From contig CAVTTN010000002.1 of the NCBI GenBank assembly GCA_963737655.1, forward strand, positions 3,456,001 through 3,520,000: a stretch of 64,000 bases of DNA, in the 5' to 3' direction. The notes under the pieces are model-generated. The model worked only from the letters and a program-made list of their open reading frames with translations, was not told the origin of the DNA and searched no databases. The position numbers were made by a program, and so were the translations under genes. Positions 41,277 to 50,603 of the stretch are shown in pieces. Positions within the stretch are counted from its first letter, which is position 1. Each line of letters opens with the position of its first letter. The DNA comes from an uncultured Planctomycetota bacterium. GTDB taxonomy: Bacteria; Planctomycetota; Planctomycetia; Isosphaerales; Isosphaeraceae.

Positions 41277-42158
41277 TCAGGAGGCCGGACCGAACGGCCT
41301 CCCCGCCGGCCAGACCCGTCGGAGCGCCTCGGCCGTCCTCCTCGCGACGGTCTCCGGGGCTTGACCCGTCAGGGATCGGCACGACGCCAGGGGCTCGGCC
41401 GTGACCGGCCCGGTGTACCCATCGACGTCCAGGGCGGTCAGAAGCCCTCGGGAATCCACGATTCCGCGCTCTCCGGGGAGTCCTCGGACCGAATCGACGA
41501 GCGTCGAACGGTCTGCCCAGGCTCCGGGAGGCAAGTCCGCGACGTGGACCCACACCACCGAGTCGGCCCCCCAGGCCAGGCCCGCCGTCGTCGGCTCCCC
41601 GGCGGCGAAGAGGTGCCAGGAGTCCACCACGACGCCCACCGGCGATCCGGTCGCCCGTTCCAGGGCGTCGCGAAGCGGCCCGAGGTCGGCCAGCCGGTGA
41701 ACGAACGCGGCGTTCCGGCCCGGTCGCGAGGATTCCACCCCGATGACCTCCAGGCCCAGGCGGATGCCGAAGTCGGAGAGGGTCTCGACGATCGGTGCGA
41801 GGCGATCGAGGTGGAATGCGAACGTACCGGCCCGATCGAAACCGACCGGGCATTCTGGCAGGACCCACGTCCCCGTGCGGACCAGCCCCAGCGTCGAGGC
41901 GGCCTCGGCCACGCGGGGCAGCCTGGCCAGGCCCTCGGCGAAACCGGATCCCCTCCAATCGAACGGCATCGGGAACGCCCCGCCTCGGAGGCCGAGGTCG
42001 GTCATCCTCCTCGCCACGGTCGCCGCCGACTCGCCCGTCTCCAAAAGGTCGCGGACCATCACGTCCACTCCCGAGAACCCGGCCCCGGCGGCGACCTTCA
42101 GGGTCTCCTCGATCGAGAGCGAGAGCCCCAGGGCCCTGGCGTTGAAGCTCGGATACAT
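41277..42158 (-). CDS. Sugar phosphate isomerase/epimerase (xylose isomerase-like TIM barrel)
   Basis: AAGAGFSGVD, LGLEVIG, VDSWH, VHVAD, PGERG, VTAEP. Confidence 0.88.
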   Translation of the reverse strand: MYPSFNARALGLSLSIEETLKVAAGAGFSGVDVMVRDLLETGESAATVARRMTDLGLRGGAFPMPFDWRGSGFAEGLARLPRVAEAASTLGLVRTGTWVLPECPVGFDRAGTFAFHLDRLAPIVETLSDFGIRLGLEVIGVESSRPGRNAAFVHRLADLGPLRDALERATGSPVGVVVDSWHLFAAGEPTTAGLAWGADSVVWVHVADLPPGAWADRSTLVDSVRGLPGERGIVDSRGLLTALDVDGYTGPVTAEPLASCRSLTGQAPETVARRTAEALRRVWPAGRPFGPAS

Positions 42159-42478
42159 GGCGGCCCCCATATCAGATCGCCCCACCCTATCCATGGGGAA
42201 CGCGAGACGCCAGGAATTGCTCCTCGGTGAGTTCGATCGGCTCGATTCCGTCGAACGGCATCGCCCTCTTCCCGACTGCCGAGATCACGTAAGCCCAGCC
42301 TCTTCAGCCTCATCCGCGTATTCTGCGCCCGCAAACCGATCGATCAGTCCGATCGAGAGGGATCGGTGCCTCCTTGGCGCCGGCCGTGGGAAGCCCGAGA
42401 ATCACATCGCCCGAGGGCGGGGGGATGGGGCGGGGATCGCCATCCCGAAGGCTCTCGGACGAGGGCGGCGGGGGGCCG

Positions 42479-45190
42479 ATGGTCGCGACGTGGATCGAGG
42501 CGGCGGCGAAGGGTCGGCATGGCGGGGCAGTCCGGGCCGGGATGTGGTCGGTCGTGGTCGTCGGGACGCATCCGGTCGAGGCGGACCAGGAGGTCTGGCT
42601 CGACGTGTGGGCCGATGACGTCGCCCTGGGCCCGTTGCCCGCGTTCTGGCTGGAAAACAAGGGCGTGAACAGCTTCTGGCACGTCCCGATCTCGCCCCAG
42701 TCGGTGGGCACCCGGCTCCGCTACCGTTCCGTGGCCCGGCGATTCGGGGCCGAGCCGGTCGTCAGCCCGACCCAGGACGTGATCGTCCGCCCGAACTTGC
42801 CCGATCGCACCGAGGTCGTCGCCTCGGTCGCCCCGGAGGGCCTGGTGGGCAACCGGATGATGGCCGTCCGGGTGGATGGCCGGGGGGCGACCCACGACAT
42901 CTATTTCCCCACGGTCGGGCTCCATTCCGACGTCCGCCCGGCCGAGGGCGACCTGATGCAGAGTCGCTCCCACTTCCGAACGATCGTCGGGGGGCTGGCC
43001 GTCGGCCGGAGGCTGGATTGGTTCGCCGAGAGGCTGCCGTGGGAGGTGTTCCAGAGGTACCAGGGGGCCACGAACCTCCTGGTGACCGAGCTGAGATGGC
43101 GGCACGGGCCGATCCGGGTCCTCGCCACCGACTTCGTCGCCACCGGGCCGAACTTGCCGAGGACCGCCGGCGGGTCGGAGTCGCCGGGCCAGTATTTCAA
43201 GAGGTTCCGGATCACCAACGAGGCCGACGAGCCGAAACGGGCCCTGTTTGGGGTCTACATCCAGGCCGAGATCAACGGCGGGATCGGCGAGCCGGGCCTC
43301 TCCTGGCACGATGGCGACCGCACCCTCCTGGCCACCAATCGCGGCCACGGCCACGCCAACCGCAAGCTGGCCCGGGATGCGACGGTCGAGTTCGCCCTGG
43401 CCCTGGACGGCCGGGGGGAAGTCCAGTGCGAGCCGACCGGGCCGAATGAGGCGATCTTGCTCCGGCCGGTGGAGATCCCGGCCGGAGGCTCGGTCTCCGT
43501 GGACCTCCTGGTCAGCGGCGCCTTCACCGGCTGGCGAGGGGACAGCGGTACGTTTGAGCACTGGCTCCGCCCGGCCCTGGCGTGGTTCCGCTCGGCCGAC
43601 CTGGACGGCCTGGAGCAGGAGGCCGCGGCGACCTGGGATGCGTTCGTCGAGCCTTTGCCCACCCTGGCGTTCCCCCGGCCCGCCTACGCGGTCAGCCTCC
43701 GCCGGTCGGCCCTGGCGGCGGCCCTCCATGCCGATGCCAAGTGGGGCTCGATCGCCGCGGGCTTCGATCGCGGCCTGAACGCCTACTGCTGGCCTCGGGA
43801 CGCCATCTGGGCCGGCAACGCCATCGCTCGGGCGGGGCATCCCGAGATCGGCAAGGGCGTGTTCGAGTGGCTGAGCCGGGTCCGCGGCCACAGCCGGCCG
43901 TTCCTCTACTGGTTTCAGAAATACACGCTCGACGGCTGGCCCGAGTGGGAGACCCCGGGGCTGGACCAGACCGCGATGATCCCGTGGGGCCTGGAGGCGC
44001 ATTTTCGCCGGACCGGCGAGGAGGAATTCCTCGCGCAGAACTGGCAGGTGATCGACCAGGCGGCGGCCGTCTGCTCGGGACGCTCGGGCCATCCGGGCCT
44101 CCATCGGCTCGACGACCTGGAGCTGATCACCTCGGCGGGGATCTGGGATAATCGCTACGGGGCCTTCCTCTACTCGAACGCCTCGGCCGTGGCGGGGCTG
44201 CGCTCGGCCGCGCGCCTGGCCGAGATCCTCGATCGCCCGGCGGAAGCGGCCTCGTGGCAAGAGCTGGCCGATCGGACCTGGAACCAGGGCGTCCTGACCC
44301 ACCTGGTCATGGACGAGCTGGGAGGCCGGTTCCTGGAGGCCCGGCGATTGTCGATCCGCCGAGGGCTCTGGGCCGACCGGCCCGAGGACTGGATCGACCG
44401 CTCGGCCGCCGTGGACATCAGCTTGCTGGGCCCGGTCGTCCCGTTCGGCCTGATGCCGGCGGGCGACCCGAGGATGAGGAGGTCGGCCGAGGCGATCCTG
44501 CGATACAACGCCGCCGGGGGCGACCCGAACGCCCTGACCTGCTGGTCGCCCGACCCGGCCCGCCGGGACACCCGAGACGCCCCGAGCGAGGCCCATCAGC
44601 ACGACGCCTCCAGCCTGGCCACCCTTTGGATGGCCCGATACCTGATCGTCCTGGGCCGGGAGACCGGCGAGGGGCGGCACTGGAACCGCGCCCTGGCGAT
44701 GCTCGACGACATCCTCGGCCGGCTCGGCCCCCTCGGCCTCTCGCTGAAGAGTCCCGTCGGCCGGGACGGCCCTCCGGACGGCCTCCGACCGGCCCCGGGC
44801 GTCTGGGGGCTTCACGCGATGCTGGCCGATACCATGCTCGACCTCGCCGGGCTCGATTACGACGCCTCGATCGGGGCCCTGTCGCTGAGCCCGGCCCTGC
44901 CCCCGGCCTGGCCCCAGATCGGGCTTTCGGGCGCCTACGGATGCGGGTCGGTCGCCTATCGCCTGGAGAGGCCCGTCGGAGGGGTGGCCCACCGCCTGAC
45001 CCTGGAGACCGACCTCCACCGGTCCACGAACCTCAGGATCGACATCGCCTGCCCCGGCCTGCCCGACCTCGGACCCTGGCACTCGCGTCCCGAAAGCCCC
45101 CCCCCGGGCTTCGACCGGGTGAACCGTCGGCTGTCCTGGACGTTCGAGCTCCCCTCCGGCGTCTCCCGGCACGAATGGACCTGGGGATAG
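42479..45190 (+). CDS. GH15-like (glucoamylase/trehalase fold) protein
   Basis: GLVGN N-terminal domain, YCWPRDA, QKYTLDG, DQTA, DISLLG; catalytic motifs divergent. Confidence 0.75.
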   Translation: MVATWIEAAAKGRHGGAVRAGMWSVVVVGTHPVEADQEVWLDVWADDVALGPLPAFWLENKGVNSFWHVPISPQSVGTRLRYRSVARRFGAEPVVSPTQDVIVRPNLPDRTEVVASVAPEGLVGNRMMAVRVDGRGATHDIYFPTVGLHSDVRPAEGDLMQSRSHFRTIVGGLAVGRRLDWFAERLPWEVFQRYQGATNLLVTELRWRHGPIRVLATDFVATGPNLPRTAGGSESPGQYFKRFRITNEADEPKRALFGVYIQAEINGGIGEPGLSWHDGDRTLLATNRGHGHANRKLARDATVEFALALDGRGEVQCEPTGPNEAILLRPVEIPAGGSVSVDLLVSGAFTGWRGDSGTFEHWLRPALAWFRSADLDGLEQEAAATWDAFVEPLPTLAFPRPAYAVSLRRSALAAALHADAKWGSIAAGFDRGLNAYCWPRDAIWAGNAIARAGHPEIGKGVFEWLSRVRGHSRPFLYWFQKYTLDGWPEWETPGLDQTAMIPWGLEAHFRRTGEEEFLAQNWQVIDQAAAVCSGRSGHPGLHRLDDLELITSAGIWDNRYGAFLYSNASAVAGLRSAARLAEILDRPAEAASWQELADRTWNQGVLTHLVMDELGGRFLEARRLSIRRGLWADRPEDWIDRSAAVDISLLGPVVPFGLMPAGDPRMRRSAEAILRYNAAGGDPNALTCWSPDPARRDTRDAPSEAHQHDASSLATLWMARYLIVLGRETGEGRHWNRALAMLDDILGRLGPLGLSLKSPVGRDGPPDGLRPAPGVWGLHAMLADTMLDLAGLDYDASIGALSLSPALPPAWPQIGLSGAYGCGSVAYRLERPVGGVAHRLTLETDLHRSTNLRIDIACPGLPDLGPWHSRPESPPPGFDRVNRRLSWTFELPSGVSRHEWTWG

Positions 45191-45384
45191 GTCCCCTTCC
45201 AGGATGGCGACGTCGTCCGCTCGGCACGGCCGAGGGGATTTCACCGTCGCCGCGTTGCCGGTCGGTGCTGGCCCTCCATAATGAGGGATGAGGGCGGAGA
45301 TTTCCGTCATGTCGGAAATGTTTGCCCGGTCCGGGCGAATCGCCTGGTGGATCGGGATCGAGCCGCCAACCGGAAACTCCCCCC

Positions 45385-46143
45385 ATGCCCCTGACCACGA
45401 ATCCCCCGGGGATCGACCGGGTCGCCCCGACGCTCCGGCCCTCGGGCCGCCCGGTGATGCGTCAGGACTGGTCGCACCTGCTGTTCCTCCACTGGGAAGT
45501 CCCCGTCTCGGCCCTCCGCCCGATCGTTCCGCAGTCCCTGGAGATCGACACCTTCGAGGGCCGGGCGTTCGTCGGCCTCGTCCCGTTCGCCATGAGCGGG
45601 GTCCGGCCGCTGTGGAGCCCGGCCGTCCCGGGTCTGTCGCGGTTTTTGGAGGTGAACGTCCGAACGTATGTCCATTTCGAGGGCCGCGACCCGGGCGTGT
45701 GGTTCTTCAGCCTCGACGCCGCCAACCGGATTGCGGTGAATTTGGCCCGGACGTTCTGGAACCTCCCTTATTTTTACGCGAAGATGCGGATGGACCGGCC
45801 CTCGGGCGGCCCGATCCGTTACCGATCGACCCGGGTCGATCGGACCGCCGAGCCTCCCGGCTGCTCGATCGCCTATCGCCCCGACGGGACCCCCTCGGCC
45901 TCGGTGCCGAAGACCCTGGAACACTTCCTCGCGGAGCGGTACATCCTGTACACCTCGGGGCGCCGGGCCCTGCTCTCGGGAAGGGTCCACCACTCGGCCT
46001 ATCCCCTGCAACCGGCCCGGTTGGAGTCGCTGGAGGAGTCGCTGATCGGTGCCTCGGGGATCGAACGACCCGCCACCGACCCGCTGGCCCACTACGCCTG
46101 GGGGGTCCGGGTCCTGGTCTATCCGCTCCGCCCCGTCGTCTGA
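45385..46143 (+). CDS. YqjF/DUF2071 family protein
   Basis: MRQDWSHLLFLHW, EVNVRTYV, GVWFFSLDA, FLAERY. Confidence 0.92.
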   Translation: MPLTTNPPGIDRVAPTLRPSGRPVMRQDWSHLLFLHWEVPVSALRPIVPQSLEIDTFEGRAFVGLVPFAMSGVRPLWSPAVPGLSRFLEVNVRTYVHFEGRDPGVWFFSLDAANRIAVNLARTFWNLPYFYAKMRMDRPSGGPIRYRSTRVDRTAEPPGCSIAYRPDGTPSASVPKTLEHFLAERYILYTSGRRALLSGRVHHSAYPLQPARLESLEESLIGASGIERPATDPLAHYAWGVRVLVYPLRPVV

Positions 46144-46172
46144 TCACGCCCTCCACCGCCCAGGAGTTTTCG

Positions 46173-46727
46173 ATGTCGAACCCTTCAACGAACGCTTCCG
46201 ACCCGATCACGCCATTCCTGCTGACGTTGCGGATCATCTGGGGGGCCTTGCTGTTCGCTCCCCTGATGTTTCTGGGGATCGTTGTGGGCGTCATGCGTTC
46301 GGGCAAGATCCTGGCGGCCGATCCGTGGACTGTGACGATCCCTTTCGGGGTCCTGGCCCTGGCGATGAGCGCCGGTTGCCTCCTTCTCTCGGCTTTCCTT
46401 CCCGGGGTCCTCGTCACGAACGGCCGGAAGGCCCTGGCGTCTGGCAAGCCGATGAGTTCGGGTCGGACCCAGGGATTGCCGGATGGGGATTTCGGCGGGC
46501 TCCTGGCCCTTTACAATACGAAAACCATCGTGGCCCTGGCCCTGGTGGAAGGCGCGACGTTCTTCGATGTGATCGCCTTCATGCTCGAAGGCAAGGCCAT
46601 CGTTTTGGCGGCGGTCGTCCTCCTGGTGGCGGTCCAGGCCACACGGTTCCCCACCCGGACCGGGTTGGAATCATGGCTGGACGACCAGCACGCCCAGCTT
46701 CAGGCGGAGAGAGGCTCGATCGGATGA
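46173..46727 (+). CDS. Hypothetical 4-TM membrane protein
   Basis: CAGGAG SD; hydrophobic segments; ALVEG...FPT. Confidence 0.75.
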   Translation: MSNPSTNASDPITPFLLTLRIIWGALLFAPLMFLGIVVGVMRSGKILAADPWTVTIPFGVLALAMSAGCLLLSAFLPGVLVTNGRKALASGKPMSSGRTQGLPDGDFGGLLALYNTKTIVALALVEGATFFDVIAFMLEGKAIVLAAVVLLVAVQATRFPTRTGLESWLDDQHAQLQAERGSIG

Positions 46728-47119
46728 CCCCCGGCGTGATCGTCTTCGACGGCGTGTGCAACTTCTGCAACGCTTCGGTCAACTTCGTGATGAAGCACGA
46801 CCGCCGAGGCCGATTCCGGTTCGCCTCCAACCAGTCCGAGGCCGGCGGCGACCTGCTCCGCAGGTTCGGGATCGACCCGGGAGATGTCCGGACGGTCTAC
46901 CTGGTCGAAGGGGACCGGGTGTTTTCCCGATCCACGGCCGCCCTGAGGATCGCCCGGGGCCTGACGTTCCCCTGGAGCCTGGGCGTCGCGGGGATCGTGA
47001 TCCCCCGGCCGATCCGCGATTGGGTGTATGACCGGATCGCCGCCAACCGCTACAGATGGTTCGGGAAGACCGAGAGTTGCCGCCTGCCGACCGAGGCGGA
47101 GCGGGCCCGGTTCCTGTGA
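46724..47119 (+). CDS. DCC1-like thiol-disulfide oxidoreductase (DUF393)
   Basis: FDGVCNFC, RDWVYDRIAANRYRWFG. Confidence 0.93.
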   Translation: MTPGVIVFDGVCNFCNASVNFVMKHDRRGRFRFASNQSEAGGDLLRRFGIDPGDVRTVYLVEGDRVFSRSTAALRIARGLTFPWSLGVAGIVIPRPIRDWVYDRIAANRYRWFGKTESCRLPTEAERARFL

Positions 47120-47143
47120 GGGGGTCGTTCGGTCCCCGTTTCC

Positions 47144-48604
47144 TCACCCCTTGATGACGCCGACCGGCCGGAGCCTGGCCACTTTCTTGGAAATCCCGGC
47201 CCGGTCCACGACCTCAACCACCTGATCGACGTCCTTGTAAGCGGCCGGTTGCTCCTCGGCGAGCCCCTTGTGGCCCCTCGCCCGGGCGATGATTCCCAGC
47301 GCGTCGAGTTCCTTGTCGATCCGGCGATTTCCCGCCAGGCGGACGGCGGCGGTCCGGCTCATCATCCGGCCGGCCCCGTGGCAGGTGGTGCCGAACGATT
47401 GCTCCATGCTCCCGGGCAGGCCGGCGAGGACCCAACTGGCCGTCCCCATGCTCCCGGGGATGATCACCGGCTGGCCGATCCCCTGGTAGGCGTCGGGGAT
47501 CTCGGGATGGCCCGGAGGGAAGGCCCGTGTCGCGCCTTTGCGGTGGACGACCACGGTCTTGCAACACCCTCCGCCGACGTCGTGCTCCTCGAACTTGGCG
47601 ATGTTGTGGGCCACGTCGTACACTAGGTCCATCCCGAGCGATTCCCACGGCTTTTCGAACACCCGGGCGAAGACTTCTCGCGCCTGGTGGGTGAGCAATT
47701 GCCGGTTGCACCAGGCGTAATTGGCCGCCGACCTCATGGCCCCGAGATAGGCCTGACCCTCGGGGCTTCGCACCGGGGCGCAGGCGAGCTGCTTGTCGGG
47801 CAGGGTGAACCCGTACCGCTTCGGCGCCCCGGCGAAGGCGGCGAGGTTGTCCTCGCAGACCTGGTAGCCGAGCCCTCGCGACCCGGAATGGATCAACACC
47901 GTCATCTGCCCCTCGCGAAGGCCCATCACGGCCGCCGCCGTCTCGTCGATCACCCGGTCTACCACCTGAACTTCCAGGAAGTGGTTGCCCGAGCCGAGCG
48001 TGCCGCACTGGTCGAAACCGCGAGTATAGGCGCGATCGCTCACGCGGTCGGGGTCGGCGCCGTCCAGGCGCCCGCCGGCCTCGGTGAACAGCAGGTCGCG
48101 GGCGGTCCCGTAGCCGAGATCGACCACGAACTTCGAGCCCATCTCCATCAGCCGGGCCAGTTTCGGCTTGTCGAACTTGTAGTTCCCGCTCTGCCCGACC
48201 CCCGTGGGGACGTCGCGGAACATCTGGTCGATCAGCTCGCGGATTCGGGGCTTCACGTCGCCCCATTCGAGGTCGGTTCGGAGCAGGCGGACGCCGCAAT
48301 TGATGTCGTAGCCGACCCCTCCCGGCGAGATCACTCCGCCTTCCTCGGGGTCCGTGGCCGCGACCCCTCCGATCGCAAATCCATAGCCCCAGTGGATATC
48401 GGGCATGGCCAGGCTGGCCTTCTGGATGCCCGGCAGGGTGGCCACGTTCACGACCTGCTCGGGCCCCTGGTCCTTCTTGATCTGCTCGATCAGGGTGTCG
48501 TCGGCGAAGATGATCCCATCCACGCGCATGTCGTCGCGATAGGATTTGGGGATCTTCCACTGGCAGGGGCCGATGCGTTCGAGGGGCCCCTTATACTCGG
48601 CCAT
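47144..48604 (-). CDS. rtcB: RtcB RNA 3'-phosphate/5'-OH ligase
   Basis: PDIHWGYG, GYDINCG, GSGNHF, HSGSRG, HNIAK, HRKGAT, PGSMG, HGAGR, AYKD. Confidence 0.96.
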   Translation of the reverse strand: MAEYKGPLERIGPCQWKIPKSYRDDMRVDGIIFADDTLIEQIKKDQGPEQVVNVATLPGIQKASLAMPDIHWGYGFAIGGVAATDPEEGGVISPGGVGYDINCGVRLLRTDLEWGDVKPRIRELIDQMFRDVPTGVGQSGNYKFDKPKLARLMEMGSKFVVDLGYGTARDLLFTEAGGRLDGADPDRVSDRAYTRGFDQCGTLGSGNHFLEVQVVDRVIDETAAAVMGLREGQMTVLIHSGSRGLGYQVCEDNLAAFAGAPKRYGFTLPDKQLACAPVRSPEGQAYLGAMRSAANYAWCNRQLLTHQAREVFARVFEKPWESLGMDLVYDVAHNIAKFEEHDVGGGCCKTVVVHRKGATRAFPPGHPEIPDAYQGIGQPVIIPGSMGTASWVLAGLPGSMEQSFGTTCHGAGRMMSRTAAVRLAGNRRIDKELDALGIIARARGHKGLAEEQPAAYKDVDQVVEVVDRAGISKKVARLRPVGVIKG

Positions 48605-48706
48605 GATCGATGTCCTTCGGATCGTCTTCCTTCGATCGGCGATCGGCCCCGCGAAGGGCATGCCGACTAGCTCGGACACGGCCCCCGCGGCGAGGTTCGC
48701 CGTCGA

Positions 48707-49804
48707 TCACGGGCCGATCCGCTCGCCGGTCTCCCCATCGAACAGGCTCGCGCGAGCCAGGTCCAGGCTCAGGGGCACGCGGTCGCCCACCCGGGGGGCC
48801 GCGCCGGAGGCGGTCCTCAGCCGGATCGGGCGATCGCCGACGGACACCGTGACGAGCTGGTCGGGCCCCCGGGGTTCGATCCGCAAAACCTTGCCAGTCA
48901 GGGATTTCGGGTCGAACTCCCCCGAGATCGAGACCGCCTCGGGCCGGACGCCCAGCCAGACGGGCCGTCGCCTTGAGGATCTCTCGCGGCCCGGCAGGGG
49001 GAGGAACGTGGATGCCCCCTGATCGTCGGCCAACTCCACCCCCGGGCCCGTCTCGCCGCCGGCGATCTCCGCCCGGAGGAGGCCCATCGGCGGGTTGCCG
49101 ACGAACTCGGCCACGAACCGGGTCGCGGGGTCGCGATACAGGATTTGGGGAGAGTCGATCTGGGCGATCCGCCCGGAATCCATCACGGCCACGCGGTCGC
49201 CCAGGGCGAGCGCCTCTTCCTGGTCGTGGGTCACGAGGATGGTGGTGACCGGCATCCGGCGGCGGATCTCGGCGATTTCGTCGCGGAGGGCCGTCCGCAA
49301 CGGGGCGTCGAGGCTGGAGAACGGCTCATCGAGCAGCAGGACCTTCGGCCGCCTCGCCAGGGCCCGGCCCAGCGCCACCCTCTGCCTCTGCCCTCCGGAA
49401 AGCGCGTCGGGCCGTCTCCGAAGGACGGCGGAAAGCCCGAGGAGGCCCGCGATTTCCTCGACCCGCGGGGCGATCTCGGCCCGGGGATGCCTGCGGGCCC
49501 GGAGGCCGAAGGCGAGGTTCTCGAAGACGTCCAGATGGGGCAACGGCGTGGGGCCCTGGAAGACCATCGCCACGTCCCGCCGGTCGGGCGGGATCGCCGA
49601 AACGTCTTGACCGCCGATGCGGATCGACCCCGAATCGGCGGATTCCAGGCCCGAGACCAGGCGGAGGATCGTGGTCTTGCCCGATCCCGACGGGCCCAGG
49701 ATCGCCAGGAATTCGCCGTCCCCGATCGCGAGATCGACGCCCACCACGGCCTCGACCCCGCCCGGGTACGTCTTTCGGACCTGATCGAGATCCACCGTGG
49801 CCAA
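48707..49804 (-). CDS. Sugar-type ABC transporter ATP-binding protein (MalK/UgpC-like)
   Basis: GPSGSGKTT, LSGGQRQRVALGRAL, LDEPFSSLD, VTHDQEEA, TOBE-like tail. Confidence 0.93.
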   Translation of the reverse strand: MATVDLDQVRKTYPGGVEAVVGVDLAIGDGEFLAILGPSGSGKTTILRLVSGLESADSGSIRIGGQDVSAIPPDRRDVAMVFQGPTPLPHLDVFENLAFGLRARRHPRAEIAPRVEEIAGLLGLSAVLRRRPDALSGGQRQRVALGRALARRPKVLLLDEPFSSLDAPLRTALRDEIAEIRRRMPVTTILVTHDQEEALALGDRVAVMDSGRIAQIDSPQILYRDPATRFVAEFVGNPPMGLLRAEIAGGETGPGVELADDQGASTFLPLPGRERSSRRRPVWLGVRPEAVSISGEFDPKSLTGKVLRIEPRGPDQLVTVSVGDRPIRLRTASGAAPRVGDRVPLSLDLARASLFDGETGERIGP

Positions 49805-50346
49805 GGCTTCGACCTCCCAACGAACAGTCTACCGCGACGGCGAGGACTCCGCGAGGCGCCCGGATGCCGAAATGCCCGGGATCGAGACGCGGCACGACGC
49901 CGGACGCTTCTTACCTCGGATCATCGCGAGCGAGGCCCTCGACGATCACCGAATCCGCGGCTCGCGGGCTTCGCGCATTCCTGATCCACATATTGCAAGT
50001 TTTACAGTTTTTGTTTCGTGGATCTTGCACGGGCGCGCGCAATTTGCAACAAAGATGGCGCAATCCGGGCCGAATCGTGCTCAAGATGACTCGCCGCATC
50101 CTCTTGCAAATCGAGACCTTGCAGATTTTATAGCAAAATTTGCCGACGTGATCCGATCTACGTGCGCACGAGTCGTTGCGTGCCGGAATCCAGCCTGATT
50201 CCCGACCTTTTCGCGCAATCTCGACGAAAAGTGGAGTCAACTTTGTTGCGATCGAGGCTTGCCTGCATTTTATTGCAAATATTATTGATGAATTTCTCAC
50301 ATGATAATCTTCTTGAAGAGGGCGGCCGTCCAAGACCGTCAGCGGT

Positions 50347-50467
50347 GGTCCTTGCTCCACCACGGAGTCACCAGGGGCACGAAGGAAGACACAAAGAAGA
50401 TTGGAAGGCAGCGACATCTTTGTGTCTTCCTTCGTGCCCCTGGTGACTCCGTGGTGGAGCAAGGACC
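50347..50467. repeat. Long palindromic repeat element, copy 1 (51-bp perfect arms, 19-nt loop)
   Basis: 50347-50397 is the exact reverse complement of 50417-50467; core CACCACGGAGTCAC...GTGACTCCGTGGTG. Confidence 0.9.
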
Positions 50468-50603
50468 GCCTCCCTGATCGGCCCGGTCCGCCCATTCTTC
50501 CCAGTCTGACACCTACAGAGCGTCGTCGAATCCGATGGACCCTCTCCGCCCGGGGTGGTCTAATGGGGGCATCGCCCGACGGCCGGCCCCGAGGACGCCC
50601 ATC

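Noticed and set aside
47144..48604. RtcB as part of an RNA-repair or defence operon
   Set aside because: No archease, rtcA, rtcR, TROVE/Ro or Y-RNA-like neighbour is visible; it appears stand-alone.
49980..50320. oriC or dif site; Cys-rich minus-strand ORF
   Set aside because: Only one near-match DnaA box, no dnaA/dnaN context and no XerC/D consensus. The Cys richness merely reflects the TGCA motifs.
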